In this document: one piece after another, positions 8,304-17,481 of the stretch
How positions within the stretch are numbered: the stretch's first letter is position 1
Layout: the number at the start of each line of letters is the position of its first letter
From: a virus
Lineage: Duplodnaviria; Caudoviricetes
IMG/VR virus record: IMGVR_UViG_3300020814_000535
DNA: 64,000 nt
Reading direction: 5' to 3' (one strand)
Translations under genes and position numbers: made by a program
The notes under the pieces: generated by a model
The model's database searches: none
Seen by the model: only the letters and a program-made list of their open reading frames with translations
Told to the model about the DNA's origin: nothing

Positions 8304-8687
8304 GGGCACGATCGGTTTCGACGGGACTGGAGTGGGAATGAAACGCAGGCAGGGGATCCAAGCTTCCTCTAGAAAACAACTTGGAAAAACTAAATGCCGA
8401 ATCAAACGAAACCGCAGTCGCTGTCAGAGTCCAGGGATTCGTCCCCGTTCTCTCTCATCTGGTAGCTTCGGCTGCTAGAGCAGAGACCCAAGCGGTACTG
8501 GCTTAATAGCCGGGGCACTTCTCGTCATTGCCTGGCAACAGAAAGGCGAGACTTGGTTGGTGAACTTGGAAGTAGATAATCAACCGAGCACATGAACTTC
8601 GCAAACTGAGTGTCTGTCTGCAAGCCTGTTGATCGTTTTGTTTTTGCCTAGTTTCGGACGGGAGTTCGATTCTCCCCGTGTCCACCA
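8304..8687 (+). ncRNA. ssrA: tmRNA (transfer-messenger RNA); tag ORF 8396..8506
   Basis: 5' GGGCACG pairs with 3' CGTGTCC-ACCA with a G3:U wobble; GGTTTCGAC D-loop-like motif; GGGAGTTCGATTCTCCC T-arm; resume context TAAAT-GCC. Confidence 0.95.
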
Positions 8688-8732
8688 AGTATCCGTTATT
8701 ATTAACCTCTTTAAGCCTCGCTAAATCCTATC

Positions 8733-9740
8733 ATGCCTAACTTTCTAACTGGTCTTGAATTGGATGATGTTCTGCTGGAGCCCTGCTACTCCCCGTTTCT
8801 TAGTCGTTTCTCGGGGGAAATAGATCTGTCCACAGAACTTCTACCGGGTGTGAAGCTTCGTGTTCCTATTATCTCGGCCAATATGGATACAGTGACGGGA
8901 GTAGCTCTAGCCAATGTTATGTACGAAGGTGGAGGGCTAGGGATTATTCATCGGTTTGACGATCTGGTTATCCAGGCTAATAAACTCCAGCAGCAGAAGG
9001 GACCTGTTATTGTTTGTATTGGCACAGGGGATGAAGCCAAGAAACGGATGGATCATTTCGCGAAAGAGCTAGATAATTACGCTGGGATTCTAGTCGATAT
9101 TGCTCATGGTCATTCAGCCCCCATGGTTGAAATGATCAAGTGGTTGGCTAGAGAATACAACGAGGTCCCTGTCATTGCGGGCAATATTGGGACAACCTGG
9201 GCCGCGCGAGAGCTAATTGATTTGGGAGTTGATTGTCTAAAATGTGGAGTAGGTCCTGGATTTTCCTGTAGAACTCAAGCTAACACGGGTGCTGGTGTTC
9301 CTCAGCTCACTGCTATTCTCAACGTCCGAGAGGGAATAACTCGGGCATTTAATGAAGGTTTGAAACGCCGAGTGACTTTAATCGCTGATGGGGGAATTAA
9401 GTCTGGCGGGTGCATCACAAAGTGTCTTGCTGCTGGAGCTGATGCTGTAATGATCGGGAAGTTATTTGCCGGCACCAATGAATCTTGTGGAAAGAAGTAT
9501 CTCCAAGAAGGGAAAGCTCTTTATCGGGGGATGAGTAGTTTTGAAGCGATGACAGAATGGAAAGGGCAAGTAACTTCGGTTGAAGGAATTTGCACTTGCG
9601 TTCCCTTGCAGGGGCCAACAAAAGAAGTTCTGGAAAGACTAGTCGCGAACGTTCTATCGGGATTCAGTTATTTGGGCGCAAGTAATGTCAAAGAACTAAG
9701 AGAGAATGCTACATTTATCGTAAGGAGCAAGAGAGACTAA
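8733..9740 (+). CDS. GMP reductase / IMP dehydrogenase family enzyme (no CBS domains)
   Basis: PIISANMDTVT, VDIAHGH, GVGPGFSCRT, IADGGI, YRGMSS. Confidence 0.92.
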   Translation: MPNFLTGLELDDVLLEPCYSPFLSRFSGEIDLSTELLPGVKLRVPIISANMDTVTGVALANVMYEGGGLGIIHRFDDLVIQANKLQQQKGPVIVCIGTGDEAKKRMDHFAKELDNYAGILVDIAHGHSAPMVEMIKWLAREYNEVPVIAGNIGTTWAARELIDLGVDCLKCGVGPGFSCRTQANTGAGVPQLTAILNVREGITRAFNEGLKRRVTLIADGGIKSGGCITKCLAAGADAVMIGKLFAGTNESCGKKYLQEGKALYRGMSSFEAMTEWKGQVTSVEGICTCVPLQGPTKEVLERLVANVLSGFSYLGASNVKELRENATFIVRSKRD

Positions 9741-10403
9741 TTGTATACACAGACGATTCTCGGTATTGATGAAGCGGGACGAGGTTGTTTGGTTGGTCCG
9801 CTGGTGATGTGCGGAGTTGTACTTTCAGACGACGATCAAAGGAATTATCTAAGAAAGATTGGCGTTAGAGATTCCAAGCTTTTCGGCGGCAATAAACATA
9901 CTATCCAGCAGCGACGTCAGCAGTTGTACGAAGAGATCAAAAAAGTTGCCACCCACGTCTTTGTAAATCGCGTTACGGCCCTCCAGATCAATTCCACTGT
10001 AAAAAGTCTAGATAGTCTGGAAATTGAATTGGCCTGGGAAATCATTTCCTGGGTTCTCGGATCTCCATTTATTCTAGGAGATGATGGGAATCTAACGGTT
10101 GTTCTGGATGGACACGATATGTTCGAAGAGATGGAGAAAGATTCAGATAATCATCTTCTGATCACTTCGGTTAACCACGCAGATGAGCAAATTGTTGAAG
10201 TTTCTGCTGCTTCCATTGTAGCTAAACATCTGAGAGACCAGATGGTCCTGAGCATTATGGGAGATTACTTTTGGAATGGAGCGGGCTACTGCAACGATGG
10301 AACTATCAAGTGGTTGCGCTCAGGAGAAGCCTGGGCCGTTCAAGACTTTATCCGTCAGTCGTGGTCGTGGTGGGATAAAGTGAAAAAGGAGTTGCGCCAG
10401 TGA
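9741..10403 (+). CDS. rnhB: Ribonuclease HII
   Basis: GIDEAGRG, VRDSK, VSAASIVAK..RD. Confidence 0.93.
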   Translation: MYTQTILGIDEAGRGCLVGPLVMCGVVLSDDDQRNYLRKIGVRDSKLFGGNKHTIQQRRQQLYEEIKKVATHVFVNRVTALQINSTVKSLDSLEIELAWEIISWVLGSPFILGDDGNLTVVLDGHDMFEEMEKDSDNHLLITSVNHADEQIVEVSAASIVAKHLRDQMVLSIMGDYFWNGAGYCNDGTIKWLRSGEAWAVQDFIRQSWSWWDKVKKELRQ

Positions 10404-10591
10404 AAAAACTCACAGGCACGGACTTTGATCTATTTGAGTTGCTTCATCGAACCCAGGAAAGTTTGGTCAAGGGCCTCAATTTTGTAGAATTGCCCGAAGG
10501 ATTGAGCTACAGTGATGAAACAGCAGGAACTCCTCAAACACCTAAGAAAAAAGTGGGCCGCCCTCGCAAGACGCAAACAGGAACTAGCTGA
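10400..10591 (+). CDS. Hypothetical protein
   Basis: AAGGAG RBS, GTGA overlap, KKVGRPRK AT-hook-like tail. Confidence 0.5.
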   Translation: MKKLTGTDFDLFELLHRTQESLVKGLNFVELPEGLSYSDETAGTPQTPKKKVGRPRKTQTGTS

Positions 10592-10724
10592 CACAGAATT
10601 TAGCCCTGAATGTGATGCTGAGGTAGTTTTATTAAAGCACGAACTCTTTGATATTTTTATTGAGATGTTTAACCGAGGATTAGACCCTACAAGTATTTGT
10701 AGTCATTTGAATGAAAATAATTAA
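10512..10724 (+). CDS. Hypothetical protein
   Basis: Fills the gap to thyX; overlaps the previous ORF. Confidence 0.45.
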   Translation: MMKQQELLKHLRKKWAALARRKQELADTEFSPECDAEVVLLKHELFDIFIEMFNRGLDPTSICSHLNENN

Positions 10725-11373
10725 ACCGTCCGTCTCTCTTGAATTCATCACTCCAGACGCAATGCAATTGATTGAGAAGATTGGAAGGACCTGTTACAAG
10801 TCTGAAGACCGTATCACTCCTAAAAGTGCAGAGAAGTTTGTTAAAATGATCCTCGAGCGAGGACATAAGTCGGTTGTTGAACATGCCCACGCGAGTTTTC
10901 GGGTAATTTGTGATCGAGGCGTTAGCCACGAATTCGTTCGCCACCGAATCTTTAGTTATAGTCAGGAAAGCACTCGGTACTGTAACTATTCCAAAGAAAA
11001 GTTTAATAATGAGATTTCTGTCATTGAGCCTCCTGGCCTAACTGATTCACAGCACGTCTGTTGGGCTTGTGCTGTTTTAGCCTGCGAAAATGAGTACATA
11101 CACCTGATTGAAAAAGGAGCCAAGCCTGAAATTGCTCGCTCAGTATTGCCAACCTGTTTAAAAACCGAACTAGTTGGGACGGCTAACTTCAGAGAATGGC
11201 TTTATTTCCTCGAAATGAGGGCTTCGGCGAAAGCTCATCCACAAATGCGAGAAATAGCTTATAATATAGGAGTAATCCTCCATACTCAATATCCAGTCAT
11301 CTTTCCAGTGGATTACACTGAGGAGTTGACCAGGCTTCTTGTCTCTGGGGATTTTCGAGGAAGTACTTCTTAG
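10711..11373 (+). CDS. thyX: Flavin-dependent thymidylate synthase
   Basis: GHKSVVEH, RHRIFSYSQESTRY ThyX motif, ARSVLP, AHPQMR. Confidence 0.96.
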   Translation: MKIIKPSVSLEFITPDAMQLIEKIGRTCYKSEDRITPKSAEKFVKMILERGHKSVVEHAHASFRVICDRGVSHEFVRHRIFSYSQESTRYCNYSKEKFNNEISVIEPPGLTDSQHVCWACAVLACENEYIHLIEKGAKPEIARSVLPTCLKTELVGTANFREWLYFLEMRASAKAHPQMREIAYNIGVILHTQYPVIFPVDYTEELTRLLVSGDFRGSTS

Positions 11374-11449
11374 CTTGGCCTTCTGTGGGCCGTTCTGGCT
11401 TGCGATTTGTGCGTTGTTAATTATGCTACTGTTTGAGTTAAGTGATTAG
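11339..11449 (+). CDS. 36-aa membrane peptide (not in ORF track)
   Basis: TTG..TAG, MSLGIFEEVLLSLAFCGPFWLAICALLIMLLFELSD; fills the gap after thyX. Confidence 0.35.
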   Translation: MSLGIFEEVLLSLAFCGPFWLAICALLIMLLFELSD

Positions 11450-11457
11450 AGGTTCTT

Positions 11458-11739
11458 GTGAAGGTAGAAGGAATTCAGTGTGATTACTGTCCAAAAATTT
11501 CAGACAGAAATGAGATACTAGAATGTTCTTTGTGCGGATCTGACGTATGTAAAGATTGCGCAATTATTCTAAGGTCCGAAATGCGCCGATTTAATGGGCA
11601 GCGCGTTGTTGATTATGAACTTAATGATTATGTTTGCGCAAAGTCTTCTATCTTTTGTCCCCATTGTGCAGAAATTCTTTTTGAAAAACTAGCCGAATGG
11701 TATAAAGAACAGCTCACTAACTTCCGAGAGGAGCCGTGA
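11458..11739 (+). CDS. Cys-rich Zn-finger protein
   Basis: Four CxxC pairs. Confidence 0.6.
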   Translation: MKVEGIQCDYCPKISDRNEILECSLCGSDVCKDCAIILRSEMRRFNGQRVVDYELNDYVCAKSSIFCPHCAEILFEKLAEWYKEQLTNFREEP

Positions 11740-11743
11740 CTTA

Positions 11744-12004
11744 TTGGCCAAAAATAAACCCGTTAGCAAAAAGCAGGCGCAGAAAATGTTAACCGAACTT
11801 GTAGACTTTGATGTTACTTCAAAAGAAGAAGTTCTTATCATTATGCGCTACAATCTCAAGACCGCTTTTGCTGACGCTGGTTTGTTTGGCTCGGAAATGG
11901 AGACGGATGATTTGGCCGAGTTGCTTGACGCGCTAAAGACGATGCTGGTTGGTCAGGTTCGCAAGGACGAAGCCGACGAGAAAGAGGAAAAGATTCTGAA
12001 TTAG
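11744..12004 (+). CDS. Hypothetical protein
   Basis: GAGGAG upstream, tight packing. Confidence 0.6.
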   Translation: MAKNKPVSKKQAQKMLTELVDFDVTSKEEVLIIMRYNLKTAFADAGLFGSEMETDDLAELLDALKTMLVGQVRKDEADEKEEKILN

Positions 12005-12994
12005 ATGCCTGGATCCTACAAGACTAACCTGGGAACAGGTTTTGTCTTTTCTACTAAAGATAAAGGCGAGTTCAAAGCTTCTGGATTAAAAGTGGGAAGC
12101 ATAAATATCTATTCCGACAACACTGGGCCTTTTAGCAATCCCCTTTTTGGCGAAACTCTTACGGTTGGTGACAGCTACTGGGAATGGAAGCCTGTTCTTG
12201 AGAATGGGGTTCAAACGGAGGCTTATCAGATAGTTTCGATTCCAGCGGTTTCGGCAACGGAAGAAAAACCTAAGTCCCTAGATCTCAAACAGTTAAAGGA
12301 AGAGATGAAGGATATTTTGTCTCCCGCTGAGGAAGACGAGGCAACGTCCAAACTTGCAGATATTCTTTCTATCCTGGAGGGCAGAAATAAACCAGCTCTA
12401 GACTTTTGGCAGAAACAAAAGGATCGGTTGGTTGCTTTGGCTGAGAAATATTCGGTTGAAGCTCTGTTGGTTACGCCTCCCGGAAAACATTCGGGCAAGG
12501 ATGTAATTCGAGAAATTTCAGAGCTGATGCTTTGTATTGCCGCCAAAATTCCTCAGGCCACTCCCGATTTGGTTGAGTTAAGAGAGAAACTTGAAGCCTT
12601 TGCTCGTGACATCCTCATCAAGCAGGATGTCGACTTGTTGGTTCTGCAAAAATTTCTACTCTATCTAACTGGTTTCGATTTTGGAAATCAGCTGACAGCA
12701 GTTTGGAGTGCTTTTTTATCTCAATCTCTGATGCATCGGGAGTTCGAGGCGACCTACGAAGAGACGTTGAAGCGAGCTATTGATTGTGCGCACAGGAATG
12801 CCTATGATGAAGCTTATTCGAGAGCGAAGTCCGAGGTTCATCGGGAAATTCAATCCGAGTCGAAAAAACTTCTTGATCAATGGAAAAAAGAAGAGTTAGA
12901 TAGAATGTATGAAGAGATGTGGAATAAGATGATGGCGAGCAAAGATAAGGGTCTTAAAGAGGCTATCATTTCATCGTTGCTTGGAGAGGAATAG
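12005..12994 (+). CDS. Hypothetical protein, helical C-terminus
   Basis: 329-aa ORF abutting the upstream stop. Confidence 0.7.
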   Translation: MPGSYKTNLGTGFVFSTKDKGEFKASGLKVGSINIYSDNTGPFSNPLFGETLTVGDSYWEWKPVLENGVQTEAYQIVSIPAVSATEEKPKSLDLKQLKEEMKDILSPAEEDEATSKLADILSILEGRNKPALDFWQKQKDRLVALAEKYSVEALLVTPPGKHSGKDVIREISELMLCIAAKIPQATPDLVELREKLEAFARDILIKQDVDLLVLQKFLLYLTGFDFGNQLTAVWSAFLSQSLMHREFEATYEETLKRAIDCAHRNAYDEAYSRAKSEVHREIQSESKKLLDQWKKEELDRMYEEMWNKMMASKDKGLKEAIISSLLGEE

Positions 12995-13017
12995 GGTAAG
13001 TCGTCCTAAAGGTTTGC

Positions 13018-13257
13018 GTGTCAAAACACCGCGTTTCTGATTCCTATCTAGACTATCTCGGTCGAAATCCCAAATGTCCCAAGAAGCGTTGTACGGGTTG
13101 GCTGATCCCTGTCCTTGTGAGCTACAAGGGCAAACCACCAATCTGGGAGTACGAGTGTACGCTTTGTGGGAAAGTCGTTCGCCATCCACCATCCGATAAG
13201 CCAAGGAAAAAGGTTTTTTCACATGAAGCTCGAAGAGAAGATTCAGAGCAGTCCTGA
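13018..13257 (+). CDS. Zn-ribbon hypothetical protein
   Basis: CPKKRC...CTLCG. Confidence 0.55.
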   Translation: MSKHRVSDSYLDYLGRNPKCPKKRCTGWLIPVLVSYKGKPPIWEYECTLCGKVVRHPPSDKPRKKVFSHEARREDSEQS

Positions 13258-13492
13258 TTGCGTTGTCTTTGTTCTCTTGAATGGAAAACGAGTTCTCGAT
13301 CCTTTGGACGCGGATGATGGCGAGGGCTGGGTTGAAGTAGAAGACTACGAAGCAGTAGCTCCACCTGTCGAAATGGAAGAAGCCGAACCTGACTTGAGTA
13401 CCGATCTGCCTGAGTCGATTCAGTGTCTTCCGGTTAAGCGACTCTATGGCCAAGTTTCGTTTGCCTGTCTACATGCAAAAACGCACTCGTAA
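13166..13492 (+). CDS. Hypothetical acidic protein (start probably ATG 13223)
   Basis: Acidic ORF filling the gap before clpP. Confidence 0.5.
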   Translation: MGKSFAIHHPISQGKRFFHMKLEEKIQSSPDCVVFVLLNGKRVLDPLDADDGEGWVEVEDYEAVAPPVEMEEAEPDLSTDLPESIQCLPVKRLYGQVSFACLHAKTHS

Positions 13493-14165
13493 AAAGCAAC
13501 AACCCAAAACTCCCAAACCCGAAGAGCTTCTTTCTCAGCTGATTAGTTCGTTGGGTAGTCCATCTCCATCGAATGGAGACCTAGATGATTCCGATTTGAA
13601 CGACGATGGTTTTTCTTATCTGGGGGAACAGCTGGCCAAGAAGGGGATCTTCTTTCTCTCTGGCGAAGTGAACGAAAGTATTCAAAGTCTCATTTCGTTG
13701 TTTTTGCTGAAGCAAACAGACTTGGAGTGGAAAGACCCCCTGAGGCTTTATGTGAATTCTCCTGGTGGATATACGGCCAGTGGGTGGTCCCTGGTTGACT
13801 TAATGGGCTGGATTCGTGTCCCTATCATTACGGTCGGAATGGGGCTGGTCTGCTCGATGGGGACCATCATTCTTGCGGCGGGGACTCCAGGGAATCGTTA
13901 CATTATGCCCAATACAGAGATTATGATTCACCAGCCGTCGTCCAGTACGGGCTACGGAAACTACTCTCAGATCTTGGCGGCTACTGAGGGCATTCAACAG
14001 GAGTATGACCGACACGTTCGCTTCTGGATGCGAGTCAGCAGATACAAGACCAAGGGAGATGTCGAGAAGCATTTATTGAAGAAGCTCGATCACTTTCTGA
14101 CACCCAAAGAAGCTTTGAGCCACGGCATTGTTGATGGTATTCTTGAAAAGGACTCGAGTGTCTGA
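13446..14165 (+). CDS. clpP: ATP-dependent Clp protease proteolytic subunit
   Basis: LYVNSPGG, CSMG (Ser), IMIHQP (His), DHFLT..EAL..GIVD (Asp). Confidence 0.93.
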   Translation: MAKFRLPVYMQKRTRKKQQPKTPKPEELLSQLISSLGSPSPSNGDLDDSDLNDDGFSYLGEQLAKKGIFFLSGEVNESIQSLISLFLLKQTDLEWKDPLRLYVNSPGGYTASGWSLVDLMGWIRVPIITVGMGLVCSMGTIILAAGTPGNRYIMPNTEIMIHQPSSSTGYGNYSQILAATEGIQQEYDRHVRFWMRVSRYKTKGDVEKHLLKKLDHFLTPKEALSHGIVDGILEKDSSV

Positions 14166-14556
14166 AGAGCTAGAAAAGATTAATATTACAGGGCTAGAGA
14201 AAGCCTCGTTCTCGTGTCCGTCGTGTGGGCATAAGATTACCCAGGATAAAGTCCAGGAATCAGCAGCTATTACTCCTGACACCTCGATGTTCTTGACCCT
14301 GGTTTGCCCGAAATGCGAGACTGAATGGATGCCTCCGACATGCGGCTGGATTCCAGAAAGACGAAATCCTCCTGAGCGGGAACGCCGACAGACTGTAGTG
14401 ACTGTCCCTGCGGCTCCACGAGGACGTCCACCTCGTCCCTCCGCACCCGCCCCAGCACCCCAAGCCTCCCGACCGAGGCCCGCCTCCATTCCCGATGTCG
14501 AGGAGTTGATGGCATCTGCATTGAGGGAGAATGATGACAGCGACGATTCTGAGTGA
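14128..14556 (+). CDS. Zn-ribbon protein with Pro/Arg-rich tail
   Basis: CPSCG...CPKC; low-complexity PRP/PAP tail. Confidence 0.6.
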   Translation: MLMVFLKRTRVSEELEKINITGLEKASFSCPSCGHKITQDKVQESAAITPDTSMFLTLVCPKCETEWMPPTCGWIPERRNPPERERRQTVVTVPAAPRGRPPRPSAPAPAPQASRPRPASIPDVEELMASALRENDDSDDSE

Positions 14557-14845
14557 TATCATTAATAGAATTACAGATATTCTCAATGAACATCCATTAG
14601 ATCCGGCAGAGATTACAGTCCTCTACGGGAAATTAGGATACGTTCTTGGCGCATCAATTGAAGGCTTTACCTCTCAAGGACCACCTCTTGAAATTCTTGA
14701 AAAGGCATATTACACTGCTCCGTCGTTAGGAGTCAGTCTAATGTTACAAGGCTTGTTAGTTGAGGGTTGGGCAGAAGATTGGAAGTTAAGGCCAAGTAGA
14801 AGCAAAATTTTGGAAGAGTATCAGAAAAAAGGAGAAGAAGAATGA
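14531..14845 (+). CDS. Hypothetical protein
   Basis: GGGAG RBS; overlaps neighbours. Confidence 0.6.
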   Translation: MMTATILSDIINRITDILNEHPLDPAEITVLYGKLGYVLGASIEGFTSQGPPLEILEKAYYTAPSLGVSLMLQGLLVEGWAEDWKLRPSRSKILEEYQKKGEEE

Positions 14846-15366
14846 GACCCATTAAGTTTGTTGTTTACAAAAAGTCTTCGGCAATGCAGTTTGCTTTGGT
14901 GCCCGCGAATTTCGTCTGTTCAGAGAATCGGCGTCATCGCGTTAAGCAGGTCGAAGGTGAGGCCTGCACGGAACAAGGCTGTTCAGGCAAGGCTGTCTCT
15001 CAAGAGGGAGTCATCTTTGTTGATATTGCTCCAGCTACAGGACCCCAACAATACGACTGGTCTAAGAAGATTGTGTTTGCTCTCTCTCACGGCAATGTAG
15101 CAGAGTTGCTTCACGCCATGCGCTATGGTGTCGAAGCCAAGCTGGTCCATGATCCAGGAGCAAAGTCAGAGAAGGCGGGACAAGTTGTAAAGTCCTTCAA
15201 TATGACGTTCCCCAAGAAGCCTCAGGAAGGTTGCATGGTCCATGTGAACCAGTCCGACAAAGCCGGCGAAAAGAAGAATTACTCCATTGGTTTTTCAGGT
15301 AGCGAGATTATCGCCCTATCTACTCTTTTCCTCTCGGCTCTACCTAAGATGCTCGCGTGGGAATAA
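14842..15366 (+). CDS. Whirly-like ssDNA-binding protein
   Basis: VYKKSSAM, EGVIFVDIAPATGPQQYDWSKKIVFALS, HDP, ALPKMLAW match, in order, the plant Whirly motifs YKGKAAL, EG.LLLQFAPA.G.RQYDW..KQ.F.LS, HDP, LPYL.GW (recalled). Confidence 0.75.
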   Translation: MRPIKFVVYKKSSAMQFALVPANFVCSENRRHRVKQVEGEACTEQGCSGKAVSQEGVIFVDIAPATGPQQYDWSKKIVFALSHGNVAELLHAMRYGVEAKLVHDPGAKSEKAGQVVKSFNMTFPKKPQEGCMVHVNQSDKAGEKKNYSIGFSGSEIIALSTLFLSALPKMLAWE

Positions 15367-15905
15367 TGAAGTTTCTAAATGACTTTCTGTGTTATCTGCA
15401 TGATATTCAGAACGGAGTCTGGGGCATTCATGATGTTTTAGTTCAGACCGCCGATGTTCTTCTAGCTATCAATAAAAAGATAAACTCTCAGGAGTCTAAT
15501 GTTCCTGTAGTTCTTCCTGAAGTAACCTGTCCAGAAATGATCTGTATGTTTATCGACAACCAAGCGGTTATTGTTTTGCAAGCACCAGGGACAAACCCTG
15601 TTTCTTATTCGCGAGCACTCCTAGCTGAAAATTCGGTTGATGAAGATTACATTGCTATGCTTGATTTGATTTACGATGTAGCCAATCGTTATGTATTGTT
15701 TGGCCCAGGAGAAAAGATTCTTCTTCACTTGCCTCAATCTTTTAGATTGATTCCCTACAGCTATCCTAGCGAAAGGAAATTGTCTAGGAAATTGCACAGC
15801 ATTCACAGCGATGAGAGATTTGGCAATACCACAATTTACTTCTCAGAAAGAACTCCTCTTTACGAGCCTTACTATCAATATATTCTTCAACAAGATAAGG
15901 TCTAA
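15357..15905 (+). CDS. Hypothetical protein (start likely ATG 15366)
   Basis: TAATG overlap with the upstream gene. Confidence 0.6.
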   Translation: MGIMKFLNDFLCYLHDIQNGVWGIHDVLVQTADVLLAINKKINSQESNVPVVLPEVTCPEMICMFIDNQAVIVLQAPGTNPVSYSRALLAENSVDEDYIAMLDLIYDVANRYVLFGPGEKILLHLPQSFRLIPYSYPSERKLSRKLHSIHSDERFGNTTIYFSERTPLYEPYYQYILQQDKV

Positions 15906-15908
15906 CTA

Positions 15909-16262
15909 ATGAGTCTTACCGTCTCAGGTATCATTGGCATTTCTTCAGAGATCGAAGAAGTGACGGTAGGAGAGTCAACGTTTTTCAATTTTGAAGCCGC
16001 CTCTCCAGACCACCGAAAGCCTAACGTGAGGCATAAATACCGAGCAAGTATTTCGGTCTCAGCCAGGGATCTCGAGGAGGCGCGTGGGAAACTAAAGAAG
16101 GGCAAAGTGATTTTACTTCATGGCGGAAGTTGTATTTGGTCTGCCGAAGAAGTTGAGAAAGACGGCAAAAAGAATATTTACAATAGACTCCGTATGAGCT
16201 GGCGAGACATTACCGTCCTTGGATGGTTCAACAATCCAAGAAGTGAATCAAAGGAATCGTAA
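15909..16262 (+). CDS. Divergent OB-fold / SSB-like protein
   Basis: LTVSGII, FNFEAAS, LKKGKVILLHG resemble the SSB/PriB strand pattern; no acidic tail. Confidence 0.45.
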   Translation: MSLTVSGIIGISSEIEEVTVGESTFFNFEAASPDHRKPNVRHKYRASISVSARDLEEARGKLKKGKVILLHGGSCIWSAEEVEKDGKKNIYNRLRMSWRDITVLGWFNNPRSESKES

Positions 16263-16873
16263 TGGCAGCTGACAAGGACCGCAATACTGTCTATCTCTTT
16301 AAGGACAAGGCAAGACGAACCGTCAATCTGGTTACTCAAGAGGGCAAGGAATTAGACTTCAATCAGACGGCGACAGATCTGGTTGAATATGTTCTGGACC
16401 AGATTTCTACAAATGACGGCAATGAGATTAGGGACGGCTACTATCTGCTGAACATTTGTTTTGGCACTTTTGCTGTGGACAAATTGGTCTCCGGCCTGAA
16501 GACTCTGACCATTAGCGATCTTGATGATTTGGCCGCCAAACTTATCACGGTTGGTATGGTCCTGTCAAAATACATTGATCAAAACAAGCTGAAGATCGAA
16601 GTTGCAGATAGCCCTCTTACGGAAACGGAAGCATTGGCGAAAGAGCGCCAGCTCATTGCTTCAAACGTTCTCTCGATGGGTATGAGCACTTACGGCTTGA
16701 CTCGAACTCAGGTAGCCGCTACGATGTACGAACTCGGGCTCATTCTCGACGAAGATCTGGAGGCGTTAAACCTGTCCAAGGAAGACGTTTGCAAGGAGAA
16801 TGTTAGGAAGGACTTGTTGAAGGCCTTTGACCTCGAGCCCAAGAAAAACGAAAATCCTTTCAAGAAAAATTAA
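16262..16873 (+). CDS. Hypothetical protein
   Basis: TAATG coupling, AAGGA RBS. Confidence 0.7.
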   Translation: MAADKDRNTVYLFKDKARRTVNLVTQEGKELDFNQTATDLVEYVLDQISTNDGNEIRDGYYLLNICFGTFAVDKLVSGLKTLTISDLDDLAAKLITVGMVLSKYIDQNKLKIEVADSPLTETEALAKERQLIASNVLSMGMSTYGLTRTQVAATMYELGLILDEDLEALNLSKEDVCKENVRKDLLKAFDLEPKKNENPFKKN

Positions 16874-16878
16874 CCTGA

Positions 16879-17463
16879 GTGCCACGAATCGCCATCCTTA
16901 CAACCGACCTCGATTCAGCTCAGCAAGACTGGCTTAACAAGACTCTTGCTTTTTATAAGATAGAACCGTTCGATATCTTCGACGTCTTGAGATATCGACC
17001 CCAAGATAAATTGACGGAAGAGCATCTGGTTGTCCTGGCATTTGGTCAACGAGCCAATCTTATCTTTAAACAAACTTCTAGCTCAGCTGTTCTCTCGCGC
17101 GAGTTTCCCGCTATCTCAAAACTAAAAGGAGATGACAAGATTGCTCGTGCGGAGGCAGCCAAACTCTTCAAAGAAGTTCAGGAGAAACTTCCCGCTATTC
17201 TCTCTGTCGCGCCAGCCAAACAAAAACCTTTGGAACACGTTCTCTCGGTAGAAGCAGTAAGCAAGGTTTGTAGATTGGAAGCTCCTGAGAAAGGGCAGAC
17301 GGTCGTTGCAAAAGTGGGGAATACGATAGTCGAAGTGGGCGAAGAACAGAGATTGCCAGAGAGTATCTTTCTTACCCCAACAGATCTTATCTCCATTGGT
17401 GAGCTGATAAAACTCTTTCCGGGTTGCAAAATTTCCGTTCTTTCAACGAGAAGCAAAAACTAG
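16879..17463 (+). CDS. Hypothetical protein, possibly a degenerate UDG-like fold
   Basis: VVLAFGQRA resembles the UDG 'IvxLGxxA' element; catalytic motifs absent. Confidence 0.4.
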   Translation: MPRIAILTTDLDSAQQDWLNKTLAFYKIEPFDIFDVLRYRPQDKLTEEHLVVLAFGQRANLIFKQTSSSAVLSREFPAISKLKGDDKIARAEAAKLFKEVQEKLPAILSVAPAKQKPLEHVLSVEAVSKVCRLEAPEKGQTVVAKVGNTIVEVGEEQRLPESIFLTPTDLISIGELIKLFPGCKISVLSTRSKN

Positions 17464-17481
17464 ATAAACAGGAGAGAGATA

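Noticed and set aside
8503-8688. 61-aa minus-strand ORF, and a tRNA-like 3' end at 8655-8687
   Set aside because: The ORF is the antisense of the tmRNA; the T-arm and CCA belong to the tmRNA, not to a separate tRNA
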